Shown here: piece after piece, positions 10,480 through 19,853 of the stretch
How positions within the stretch are numbered: the stretch's first letter is position 1
Layout of the letters: the number at the start of each line of letters is the position of its first letter
Source: a virus
Direction: 5' to 3' (one strand)
Length of the DNA stretch: 64,000 nt
Virus record (IMG/VR): IMGVR_UViG_3300029094_000045
The notes under the pieces: generated by a model
What the model saw: the letters and a program-made list of their open reading frames with translations, nothing else
What the model was told of the DNA's origin: nothing
The model's database searches: none
Position numbers and translations under genes: made by a program

Positions 10480-11302
10480 CTATTTCACTCCTTTTACAAC
10501 CAAATGGAATTGTTAATATTTCTTTTGGCGTCCAACCTCTATCATAACGGCTTCTGATTAAACTAGTGGACAGCCCCGTTAATTCAGACCATTCTAAAAT
10601 AGATTTTTTCTCTCCATTGTATTCTATCATGCGAGTATTTCTTTTATTGTTGGCTTGTTCCAACATTGTTTTCCATTGACAATTTTCTGGACAATAATTT
10701 CCATTATTATCAACACGATCTATGGTATATTGGCCTCTAGGAGCTGTTTCGTCATATCCTGTTTTATCTGCCCATTCTTTGAACCTTAAAAAATCTTGCC
10801 ACTCATCACAAACTTTAATACCTCGTCCACCGTAATTAGAATAATGTTTGTTTTCGTGCTTTGTACAACGAGACATCATAGCAAACCATACTTCATAAAG
10901 TCTTGATTTACCAAAACCACCTTGTGTAACATGAGAGCATCCACAAGTCTTTGACCGTCCATTAACCAGCAAAGAGCCTATAACATCAACTTCATTACCA
11001 CAATCACATTTGCAATGCCAATAAACTTTTTGATTAAGATATTTTGGCGAACGACAAACCACAGTTAATTTTCCAAAACGTTGTCCTGTAAGATCTTTTG
11101 CCCATTTCCGATGTTTTAAACATCCGCAACTTTTTGTATTTCCGGTTCTAAGTGCGTCTCCATCAACAATACATTCGTTTCCGCATTCACAAATACACTT
11201 CTATCTAGATCTGTGACGGCCATCAGCTTGGATGTAATCTTCCTCTTGATTTAATACAGTTAATTTCCCGAATTTTTTACCTGTTAAATCAACGAATTTC
11301 AT
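10466..11302 (-). CDS. HNH homing endonuclease with tandem N-terminal LTGxxFGKLTV/CxCxCGN modules; carries one in-frame TAG at 11201..11203
   Basis: C-terminal DRVDNNGNYCPENCQWKTMLEQANNKR is an HNH motif. The upstream frame reads MKFVDLTGKKFGKLTVLNQEEDYIQADGRHRSR*KCICECGNECIVDGDALRTGNTKSCGCLKHRKWAKDLTGQRFGKLTVVCRSPKYLNQKVYWHCKCDCGNEV...; the same module repeats on both sides of the TAG, so the frame is real across it. The start codon overlaps the stop of the preceding gene (TAATG). Confidence 0.55.
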
Positions 11303-11652
11303 TATTTCTTTCCTCCAGTAAGATCGTTCCAATGGTCTCCAAAGTGCGAATCGTCATCGCCGCCGTTCATATCGTCGCCATCGCCATACATAATCTCATC
11401 ATAAGCTTCTAGGCATTTACTAATAAACACAACCAAAATTGGAGTAACTACCAGTGCTGTAAAGAGTACTCGTCCTAGAATCTGGTATGTCAACACAAAT
11501 ACGACAAGCATTTCGGCTATCGTAAACATCCAATCAACGAAACTTACACTACTTAAAGCTCCAGCAACGAGCACCATTAACGGTACGGATTGAATACGAA
11601 TCTCGGCAATGTCATCTTGCTCCACTTCATCTCTCTTTGGCTCCTTATCCAT
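11302..11652 (-). CDS. small membrane protein with two predicted TM helices (holin-like?)
   Basis: Hydrophobic stretches LMVLVAGALSSVSFVDWMF and VVFVLTYQILGRVLFTALVVTPILVVFI, with an acidic C-terminus. Confidence 0.35.
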   Translation of the reverse strand: MDKEPKRDEVEQDDIAEIRIQSVPLMVLVAGALSSVSFVDWMFTIAEMLVVFVLTYQILGRVLFTALVVTPILVVFISKCLEAYDEIMYGDGDDMNGGDDDSHFGDHWNDLTGGKK

Positions 11653-12129
11653 AACACTTCGTCCTCCTTAGTCTTCATCGCCCCAGCGATCATACTTATG
11701 TGGTTTACGCCGTTCTGACTGCTTCTGTCGCTCATCACTTTCCTGCGCCTTCTCGACTTCATACAAGAACTGATTCTCAATCATACGTTGCTTGCGGGCC
11801 TCGCGCATATATGTACTCTTCGAAATTTTGTCTCGCTTGCGGTCACTCATCGTCGTAATCCTCCTCGTTGTTTTCATATTCTTCCAGCCCATATAGCTTG
11901 TGATACAAATATCGCGTCAGGAAAGGGGCCATCGGGGTGCCATCCTCCATCCAAAGCGTATCATAAAGCGAAGCACCACCAATCATCTCCTGCCACTCGG
12001 CATAAACTTGAATTGCATCGATAATGTCTTCGTATGTGACGGCATAATCGCGCACTGCGTCAACTATGGCAAACCCAATATTATAAATGTCCTGTTTTGA
12101 AAAATTTTCTTCTTTCATGTGTTCTCTCC

Positions 12130-12408
12130 TTACAAAAGGGACTCGCAGTAACAAGGCCCTGTTAATTGTTCTATTTTGTGCTCGATTTTAGTAATTCTAT
12201 CTTGTAGTTGTTCGATAATGGCTTCATATGGGTCTACTGTTGTTTTTATAGTGCCCGCATAACTCATTACAAATTGAGACATGTCATTCGCTCTGTTTAC
12301 ACGCTCGCAGGCGTTTTCAACAGTCTCTCGTGTTGTATGAATAAGATTATCTACAGTATCAAGTCTGGCGACAATATCTGGCACAATCGTTATTTCTGAT
12401 TCATCCAA
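12130..12408 (-). CDS. small protein of the ECxCxSLL C-terminal tail family (ends PCYCESLL)
   Basis: 92-aa ORF with a TAA stop; the C-terminal tail motif is shared with 16 other ORFs in the window. Confidence 0.5.
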   Translation of the reverse strand: MDESEITIVPDIVARLDTVDNLIHTTRETVENACERVNRANDMSQFVMSYAGTIKTTVDPYEAIIEQLQDRITKIEHKIEQLTGPCYCESLL

Positions 12409-12423
12409 AATTCTTACCTCCTG

Positions 12424-12609
12424 TTATAGCAGACTTTTGCAAATACAGCTGTTCATGTATTTATTTATCAGTTCAAAGTATCGTTTGTACATTCTTTCGG
12501 CAAATGGACCATAGAGTTTCTGTCCGAATCGTTTACCCTCTAATATAAGGGACACACTTCTATTTACTATAAAAGTCCTTGGTGGCTCACCATATTGGTG
12601 CATTGTCAT
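12424..12609 (-). CDS. small protein of the ECxCxSLL tail family (ends NSCICKSLL)
   Basis: 61-aa ORF carrying the shared tail. Confidence 0.45.
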   Translation of the reverse strand: MTMHQYGEPPRTFIVNRSVSLILEGKRFGQKLYGPFAERMYKRYFELINKYMNSCICKSLL

Positions 12610-12752
12610 TTTTTCTTCATCTATATCAAACCTGAAGTCCTCAAATTTTATTTTTCACTCTTCTTCAATCTCGTTATGTAATTGCATGGCCGCATCTGAC
12701 ATTGCAATTTCCAAGATTTCGTCGTCGAATTTGCTTTCACGAACATATTTAC

Positions 12753-13295
12753 TCATAATAGACTTCTACATACACATTCAGACTGTGCTTCTTCCATCGC
12801 TTGACGAATCACGTCGTTTAAACACTCTGGGATGATATGAAAGGGTTTGAAATTGTTAAACTCGTTCGCAGCCATTATGTTAAAGATGTTTGTAAATCTC
12901 ATTTTCTCTTCTGAAATATATCGAGCGTCTTCTTCGCCATATAGCGGCACAAGCGCTTTAAAAAATTTCATAGAATCAACCTGCCCCAAACATTCATCAA
13001 AGTAGAAGATCGTATATTCTACGCCGAATTTGACCTTATCGAACTTTTGCCAAAATTCATCAGGGGATTTACAAATCACGGTCACTTTTCGATGCTTCTG
13101 CGTAGAATTTAATCCTTCGTACCACGCACATACCGGGTCATAATTGTTTGGATGTACGAATAAAACACGCATATGTTCTTCTCCTTCATAAAGTCTTCTT
13201 GGGTATCGATACTGCGAACCGTATACTAGTGTTCTGGCTTTGTTGTCAATTCTATGTTTATATTTATTGAACAAATTACGTATTCTATCAATCAT
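12753..13295 (-). CDS. 180-aa protein of the ECxCxSLL tail family (ends SECVCRSLL); N-domain differs from the other members
   Basis: Carries the shared tail. Confidence 0.5.
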   Translation of the reverse strand: MIDRIRNLFNKYKHRIDNKARTLVYGSQYRYPRRLYEGEEHMRVLFVHPNNYDPVCAWYEGLNSTQKHRKVTVICKSPDEFWQKFDKVKFGVEYTIFYFDECLGQVDSMKFFKALVPLYGEEDARYISEEKMRFTNIFNIMAANEFNNFKPFHIIPECLNDVIRQAMEEAQSECVCRSLL

Positions 13296-13756
13296 ATCAA
13301 GCTATCACACACGCATTCATCCTGTGGCACTTTTTGAGACGTAGTTGGTGGTGTAAGCACAACTTCGCTCGGGTCATAAGTGACCATAGAACAAGCAGCA
13401 ATTTGGATATCTGGGAAACACATAAACTGAAAACAACGATCAATGTCGTCAACAACAAGCGGCTTGTTTTCTAGATGCAATCCACGATAATGATCGAGAA
13501 ATTCACTTGCCACTAATATATAGATCTTATATTCTCCACGTTCTCTACTTTGTAAATCCACTACAAAACATTGATGGTTAATACTATATCCATAATATTG
13601 AACACCCAAGGCGCTAGCGATTTCTTTTATGTAATCTTGCGCACACCGAACGGCAGTGTTGCGTGTCGGCACTAAGATGTTACAGTTGTTCTTGACAGCG
13701 TATTTGCAAACTCGATAAGTGCGCCCTCCACCACGCGGCGTTAATATTCGTTCCAA
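13292..13756 (-). CDS. 154-aa protein of the tail family (ends DECVCDSLI)
   Basis: Carries the shared tail with an L-to-I change at the last residue. Confidence 0.5.
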   Translation of the reverse strand: MERILTPRGGGRTYRVCKYAVKNNCNILVPTRNTAVRCAQDYIKEIASALGVQYYGYSINHQCFVVDLQSRERGEYKIYILVASEFLDHYRGLHLENKPLVVDDIDRCFQFMCFPDIQIAACSMVTYDPSEVVLTPPTTSQKVPQDECVCDSLI

Positions 13757-13770
13757 ATTTCACCACCTCC

Positions 13771-14007
13771 TTATAACAGTGATTGACATATGCATTCATT
13801 TTCGGATTCGGGATAGTAGGGAATTGGACAATCGTATTGAGCTGCACGTCGATCTTCAGAGCAATTTCCTGGATGAAGTATCTGTCGTGGATGAAAACGT
13901 AGGTCATGGCCAAGCTCCCAGCGGAATCCTTGATAGTCGAACCAGATAGTATCTTGACTTTTGCTCAGAGCATCATATAGATTGTTTATCACAGCATCAA
14001 ATGTCAT
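13771..14007 (-). CDS. 78-aa protein of the tail family (ends NECICQSLL)
   Basis: Carries the shared tail. Confidence 0.5.
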   Translation of the reverse strand: MTFDAVINNLYDALSKSQDTIWFDYQGFRWELGHDLRFHPRQILHPGNCSEDRRAAQYDCPIPYYPESENECICQSLL

Positions 14008-14021
14008 ATACCACTAGCTCC

Positions 14022-14592
14022 TTAATCGTCAGTAAAAGCAGAGAACGGAACAAATTCGATATTTTCAGGAAGTGATACGATAAGCTTTCTTGCAACTGCG
14101 ATGCCATGACCAGCGTGATAAAACGTCATATAACGAGTGAGTTGCTTTAAGGCTTTTGCGTCAAAATTATGTAATTTACATTCAACAGGAATCAGCTCGT
14201 CGTTACGATTTATCCACGCATCCGGCTTGTGTTTAGGATTGTCTTTGTGACTGACAATCTTTCCATATCCAAGTTCTTCTGCTTTTTCTTTGAATAAATC
14301 TTGATAATATAATTCGTTTTTGAAATAAAAATTTCTTGCGATTTTCTCAAAAGTAGCTTCATATAATTCATTAAAAACTACATCGCCACGATGGTGATAA
14401 AGAGCACTTGTATTTTTCAAAATAAGCTTTGCGGAATCTTTATTGTCCGCATGAAGAGCAAGAGCTAACATATGAAAGCGATCAATATGTTCCCCATCAA
14501 TATAAATTTCAAGCTCCCCATCTTCTTCAACAACTTGATAAACGTGACCCATCATTGTTATTTCGTCTACGATCTTCAGCTCGTTAGTCATG
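14022..14592 (-). CDS. hypothetical protein (possible PD-(D/E)xK-like nuclease)
   Basis: Track ORF 14022..14819 overlaps the PhoH gene; the likely start is the internal Met of MTNELKIVDEI at about 14592. It contains DELIPVECK. Function is weakly supported. Confidence 0.3.
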
Positions 14593-14625
14593 TTTGTTCT
14601 CTTACTGCTTGCGCAGTCTATGTAA

Positions 14626-15981
14626 TCAGTCCAACAGATCTGCCAGTTTAGCGGTCTCGCTTCGTTCGCTGATTGGCATATACACAACACCAAACCGTTG
14701 CTGACCTGTGAGACATTCGATTGCCTTTTGAAGACCATTATTTGACTCAAATACAACATCATCAATCTGTCGCAAATCGCCATTGAGCCACAGGGCACTA
14801 TCTCCGCCAACACGTCCAATTAGCAACTGAACATGCTCCTTAGTAAGATTTTCTGCTTCGCTGCAATAGATTATAGACCGTTTATAGCTTCGACCTCGAA
14901 TTGGTCCAAGATGTTCCAGTTTAACCCAACCATCAATAATGGCACGCTCAAGAGCTACATCGCCGCCAAGAGTATCGGATAGTGGTCCTGCATATGGCAT
15001 CAATTTTTCATTCGCAGTACCTGGCAAAAAACCAATCGACCTAGAATTCTTAACCTCGACGGTGTTGCGAACCCAAACAATTCTGTCGTATTTGCCTTTT
15101 TCAATCAAGTCGATAGCGTGATTAACCATCAGGAAATCCTTGCCGCTGCCATACACACCAAGAAGCAGTTTGATTGTGATATCGTCGTTCTGAAGTAGGT
15201 CAAAGGCGAGCTTTTGCTGATCATTAAGAGGTTTGATTTTCCCTGAGTATGCAGTATTCAGGTTCTTGTATCGCAGTGGATTCCAGCGTACCCCATCCCA
15301 ACGGATCGCTGCTGTATTTCCATCAGCATCTGCGTTCGGAATAAGGATGTATCCATTGGTGGGTGTATCAAACAGATTCTTTTGCTCGACATCTTTGGAG
15401 TACGCCATCGCCATAGTCTCTTCGCCACCATCTGCCAGAGCGACCTCAGTCCATCCAGTGTAGTCATTCTTTGTGGTTGCTGCGTTAGGGAAGATGAACT
15501 CGACTGGAAGCTGGAGAATGCCACTGGCGATATTGGCACAGCTCAAATCGCTGGTAACGAATTTGAAAGAATCAATCAAAGAAGAAATATAGGCGGCTTG
15601 GTTACTGCTTGCTTCGTCGAGCACAGTAGGTAAGTCATCCAGGTTTCGCTTCTGCTGATCCAACCACCACCGTGCGGTCGCCATGATCGTCGCGTCATTG
15701 TTATCGCTGATTGGCTTACCATCAAGAATATAGAATAGGGAAGTCATAGGGACCGCTACTACGGTATAGCTGCCATCGTCGCGATGTTCGGCAAGCAAGC
15801 GAGTGACTGTGCGGGTTTTGTAACGGATGTCTTCGGTCTTTTTACCGTTAGTTTTGATCTCTTCCAGCTCGTGTAGGGTCATATCTGCAATCAGAAAAGG
15901 CAGCGCAGCTGGTTCGAAGGCTGCGGCTCCTAGATCTAATAAGGCAGATGTGTCGTAAAAGTTCATTTGGCAAACCTCCAT
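14626..15981 (-). CDS. phoH: PhoH-like ATPase with an N-terminal PIN domain
   Basis: Walker A GVYGSGKDFLM; an N-terminal PIN-like acidic region (YDTSALLDL...HELEE); 451 aa, typical of phage PhoH/YlaK-family proteins. Confidence 0.65.
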   Translation of the reverse strand: MEVCQMNFYDTSALLDLGAAAFEPAALPFLIADMTLHELEEIKTNGKKTEDIRYKTRTVTRLLAEHRDDGSYTVVAVPMTSLFYILDGKPISDNNDATIMATARWWLDQQKRNLDDLPTVLDEASSNQAAYISSLIDSFKFVTSDLSCANIASGILQLPVEFIFPNAATTKNDYTGWTEVALADGGEETMAMAYSKDVEQKNLFDTPTNGYILIPNADADGNTAAIRWDGVRWNPLRYKNLNTAYSGKIKPLNDQQKLAFDLLQNDDITIKLLLGVYGSGKDFLMVNHAIDLIEKGKYDRIVWVRNTVEVKNSRSIGFLPGTANEKLMPYAGPLSDTLGGDVALERAIIDGWVKLEHLGPIRGRSYKRSIIYCSEAENLTKEHVQLLIGRVGGDSALWLNGDLRQIDDVVFESNNGLQKAIECLTGQQRFGVVYMPISERSETAKLADLLD

Positions 15982-17265
15982 TTTTTGGCATGACTATTGA
16001 AAAGTGACTTTCTTGATTGAATGAATGGGCTCGCAGCTGTGGAGAACGCTGCGGGCTTTTCTCTTTATACCTTATTATACACCCGGACACGCATAATATC
16101 AATAGTTTTGCATAGTATACCGGAATAAAATATTTAGTTGTTAGTATTTAGATAATGAAGCGAAATCGTACAAAAACAATACAAAATTAAGCAAAATGTG
16201 CCCCAATTTGGCAAAACAAAGCCATTTCTACTGCGTTTTGGGATGTTTCTACTGCATTCCGAGCCCTGCCGAGTGGTAAAAACAGGTGAATTTGGCAGTA
16301 AAATACTATATAAAATGTGACGATAATACGATGTTTACCGGATCGAGTTCCGGAGCGATTTTGGGGTGTTTTAGGCACTGTTGAGCACTGTCTGATATAT
16401 GTAAATGTTGCAAACTGGCAGTGCCTAGTTTGATGGAATTTTGATGCCAGCGAGGTGTGATCCGAAGGGTTTTAGAGAGGGTGGGGAGATGGAATAACTG
16501 GTACACAGGAGGCAAACTGACCCCGCTTTGGAATTTTTAACCAGCCCCCACTATGGCCCGAAAAATCTAGGATTCATGCGGGTTTTCGGCGAATCGCACC
16601 TTCTGTTATTAGGTGTTATTCGGTGGCAGTCAATCGGGAATTTATACCTATTTATATATAGGCGAGGAGCGGCTTTGGATTTTATAGGGCGTTTGTAGGG
16701 CGTTTGTACACTTGTTGCAAAAATTTCTGAGTATGGCATACTGTAGTCACTCCAAGGGAACACGGAAAGCCCACCGGAACGGTGGTGGGCGGGGGCTGAG
16801 CGGGATGCCCCCATACTGAGGATAGCACTTTGAAAATTTAAGTAAAGTAGAACGGCCACGACGGCCACGGTTTTTGCCGAACATTGCACTTGTTGTACTT
16901 GTTTTCGCCGCGTGGAGATTTGCATATACTTGCCGACTATAGCCGACCGGATAAATAAGCTATAGGTGCGCCTCAGTAAAGCGCACGGTGACAGTGTTCA
17001 CAAGTAGCCATTGCACAAAAGTCCTAGCTATATCTTTAGCGGTGGACGTGCAATCGCAAGTGTCGAGACACGCGGGGCAAGCTGTCACTCTTACCCCAAA
17101 TAAGGCTTAAAACTACCTCTTTGGGGTACAAAAGCAAAGTTTTTCAGTGCTCACAAGTGTAAAAAGCTTGTGGGTGCTTGAGACGGTGCAAGCGCAAGTT
17201 TGTACCGCGTCAAGTGTGGCAACACGGCCACGCTGAGCAACACATAAGCAAGAGAGGTAAAAATT
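15982..17265. promoter_or_regulatory. divergent intergenic control region between the leftward and rightward gene blocks; candidate early promoters and origin
   Basis: 1.3 kb with no credible ORF. Tandem AGGGCGTTTGT x2 near 16686..16708; ACGGCCACG x3 (16851..16870 and 17215); inverted CACAAG/CTTGTG near 17150. All genes to the left are minus-strand and all to the right plus-strand. Confidence 0.4.
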
Positions 17266-18087
17266 ATGACTAATCCTAAGAACGTCAAGACTACTGAGCT
17301 GGCCGCACTGGTTCTCGCAATCGCCGACCCTGAACAGGAAGTGTCCGCAATCACCAAGAAGTCTCTTGAGGACTTCAATGTTTCCGCCGTCACGGTCGAG
17401 GGTATTAAGAAAATCTCGGACGCCGTATATTCCGACATTGCCGCTATGGTGATGCTTCGCGAGAGCAAGGGTACGGCAGAAGAGGACATTCCCGCCCTGA
17501 AGGCCGCCGAAGATAAGGCACGTAAGTCCATGGCCGCATGGTTCTATGGCCTCGGTTCTCGTGACCCCAATAAACCCGATGGCAAGCGCCGCCCCCTGTA
17601 TAGCGTGACCGTCCCTGACCTTGTACTTATGGGCGAAGTGTCCGCAGATGCAAGAGCAGACGCCAACAACGATGCAAGCAAGGTTTCGGACTGCTTCTTG
17701 AAGTATCTCATCTTTGAGACTGCCCGCATTCTGAATGGACAGCCCCTTGCCCGTATCAGCGCCGCCGACTTCAAAAAGGCACGCAAGGCCGCAAACGACG
17801 CTAAGGCAAAAAAGGCCGCTGACACTAAGGCCGCCAACGAGAAAAAGGCCGCAGATAAAGCCGCTGAGGAAAAGAAAGCAGCTGACGAAGCAAAGGCAAA
17901 AGACGACAAGATTGCTCAGCTGGAAAAGAAAGTGGCCGACTACGAGGCTCGCAGCATCGACATTGTGGCGGTTGTTACCCTCGTCAACAAGAGCCACGCA
18001 ACGCAGGAAGAGAAGCAGGCTATTCTGGACGCTCTGTATGGTCGTACCAAGAAGGCCGAAGAGGCTAAGACCGAAGATAAGCAGTAA
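17266..18087 (+). CDS. Ala/Lys-rich repeat protein (histone H1/AlgP-like KAAx repeats); first gene of the rightward block
   Basis: C-terminal half is KKAADTKAANEKKAADKAAEEKKAADEAKAKDDK. The gene is locally GC-rich, which generates spurious antisense ORFs (17113..17997 and others). Confidence 0.5.
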   Translation: MTNPKNVKTTELAALVLAIADPEQEVSAITKKSLEDFNVSAVTVEGIKKISDAVYSDIAAMVMLRESKGTAEEDIPALKAAEDKARKSMAAWFYGLGSRDPNKPDGKRRPLYSVTVPDLVLMGEVSADARADANNDASKVSDCFLKYLIFETARILNGQPLARISAADFKKARKAANDAKAKKAADTKAANEKKAADKAAEEKKAADEAKAKDDKIAQLEKKVADYEARSIDIVAVVTLVNKSHATQEEKQAILDALYGRTKKAEEAKTEDKQ

Positions 18088-18150
18088 CTACCCATAACCG
18101 GATACCCTTTCGAGGTCGCACCGTTCAAAGCGGCCTCTTTCCAACGCAGT

Positions 18151-18783
18151 ATGCGTAGCGCCTTAGAGTGTGGCGCATTTTGCACACTCAGAAAAGAGGT
18201 TATCATTATGTCATGCCCTTACATCATTCGTGAGAATATCGGCTTTGGCCGTGTTCGTGAGCATGGTTATTACCAGTTTGACGAGATGGTCTATGACCTG
18301 ACCCACGGCTTTGTAAACACAGACGTCGAGGTCATCGCTCGTACCCTGTACAACGTCACCATGGAGAGCGGCGAAGAACTCTCCCAGCTGGACGACGACA
18401 CAGTGTTCAAGATGTTGAGTGCCGGACTACCTGTCAAGTACGTCAAGAATGCAAGAGATGGGTATATCACATACTCTCGTCCTGAAAGCAAACCCGTTGC
18501 CAAGGTCAAAAAAGTCGGCGGTATCACTCGCACTAATGCAATCGCTCGACCCGTCAAACAATATGACCATCCCATCTTTGCTTCCATTTCTGACGGAACT
18601 AACTGGTACACAGTTGCAATCGTGGACATGTACAATAATGTCGCTCTGTACCGCTTTAATGACTTCGATGAAGCTGAGAAGCGTTTCAGAAGCGCTCTGG
18701 GTAAAGCATGGTTCAGCGCAACCATGTGGGCAAATAATACGGCCATCTTCAAGTGTATTGAAGGCGAGCCTATTTGGCGCTGA
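18151..18783 (+). CDS. hypothetical protein
   Basis: 210-aa ORF with an RBS; followed by a conserved GTCCCGGGCATGAC element. Confidence 0.4.
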   Translation: MRSALECGAFCTLRKEVIIMSCPYIIRENIGFGRVREHGYYQFDEMVYDLTHGFVNTDVEVIARTLYNVTMESGEELSQLDDDTVFKMLSAGLPVKYVKNARDGYITYSRPESKPVAKVKKVGGITRTNAIARPVKQYDHPIFASISDGTNWYTVAIVDMYNNVALYRFNDFDEAEKRFRSALGKAWFSATMWANNTAIFKCIEGEPIWR

Positions 18784-18894
18784 TGTTTTTGTCCCGGGCA
18801 TGACGTTAAACTGCTCACCCCTACAATCGGAACGCCTTGACGTGGCCTAGGGGCTTTGAACTGAGAGTCCGAAAGAAAGAGAGGTAAACACGCA

Positions 18895-19488
18895 ATGAAA
18901 ACAAAACCGACATTTAAGACCGGCAATGCGTGGGTGATTCAAGCAAAAGAGTCAATCACGTTTTGTGGTAACACTGTCAATCCTGGCGAACTTTATGGTT
19001 CGTTTGACGGTGTTCATTTCATCACGGAAGCACGTGCAACTGCTTCTGGGATGTATCCTTCCATGGCGATTCTAAATAATGGTTCTAAGTGGGTACGAAT
19101 TTGCCCTACTAAAATCAGCGAATTTCTTCTCGATGCAATCCATCAGCACCGCATTCAGGTTTGGAAGATTAAATCCAAAGCTGAAAAGCAAGCTGAACTT
19201 GCAAAACGCCAAGAGAAAGTGATGTACAATCACGCCTTTAATGATAACTGTAAATCTTGTATTCGTCGGTTCAAAGGCAAAGGCATTGGTCGTAGTGCTG
19301 GCAATTCTCCAATTATTCTTTCGCGTGAATACCAAATCACAAGTCAAGAAATTTACGGCGGTCAGATTGATATGAATGGGAAAATCAAATTCATGAACAA
19401 CAAAATGGCCCAATATATGGACGGCAATACGACTGACGGCTACCGTCCTCTCAATCCTCAGTTTCCTGTAAAATCTGGTAAACGATAA
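18895..19488 (+). CDS. hypothetical protein
   Basis: 197-aa ORF preceded by an AGAGAGG RBS. Confidence 0.4.
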   Translation: MKTKPTFKTGNAWVIQAKESITFCGNTVNPGELYGSFDGVHFITEARATASGMYPSMAILNNGSKWVRICPTKISEFLLDAIHQHRIQVWKIKSKAEKQAELAKRQEKVMYNHAFNDNCKSCIRRFKGKGIGRSAGNSPIILSREYQITSQEIYGGQIDMNGKIKFMNNKMAQYMDGNTTDGYRPLNPQFPVKSGKR

Positions 19489-19811
19489 TTGATTTTCGTC
19501 TTGAATTTATCTCCACTATCCATTACAATGTGGTTAGTCCTACTCCATTCCAGCATAGGAGGTAAATTCAATGGCTGAAAATAAATTCGTAGTAAAAACC
19601 ATCAGCTGTCTCCGAGATGAACTAAAAGTCTTGACAGAGAATGAGTTCCCTACGAGAAAAGAAGCAGAAGAGTTTCGTGATTTGACCATGTACGCTATGA
19701 AGCTAAACTATGGCGAAAACCAGACCGTTGTTCGAGTCGAAATCGAAGAGCTTTGATGCTTCACGTCCCGGGGCATGACATAAAACCGCCCTAATTTAAT
19801 AACCAACCCCA

Positions 19812-19853
19812 ACGTCGCTTCAAGCAAACGCAAGAAGCGACGTTTTCTTTTTA
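19812..19853 (+). terminator. intrinsic terminator
   Basis: GTCGCTTC (loop aagcaaacgcaa) GAAGCGAC followed by GTTTTCTTTTT. Confidence 0.55.

Noticed and set aside
17113-18206. Several long minus-strand and alternative-frame ORFs (17113..17997, 17151..17531, 17544..17909, 17735..18097, 17940..18206) overlapping the Ala/Lys-rich gene
   Set aside because: They are produced by the GC-rich GCC/AAG codon repeats of the plus-strand gene. No RBS, and the translations are low-complexity.
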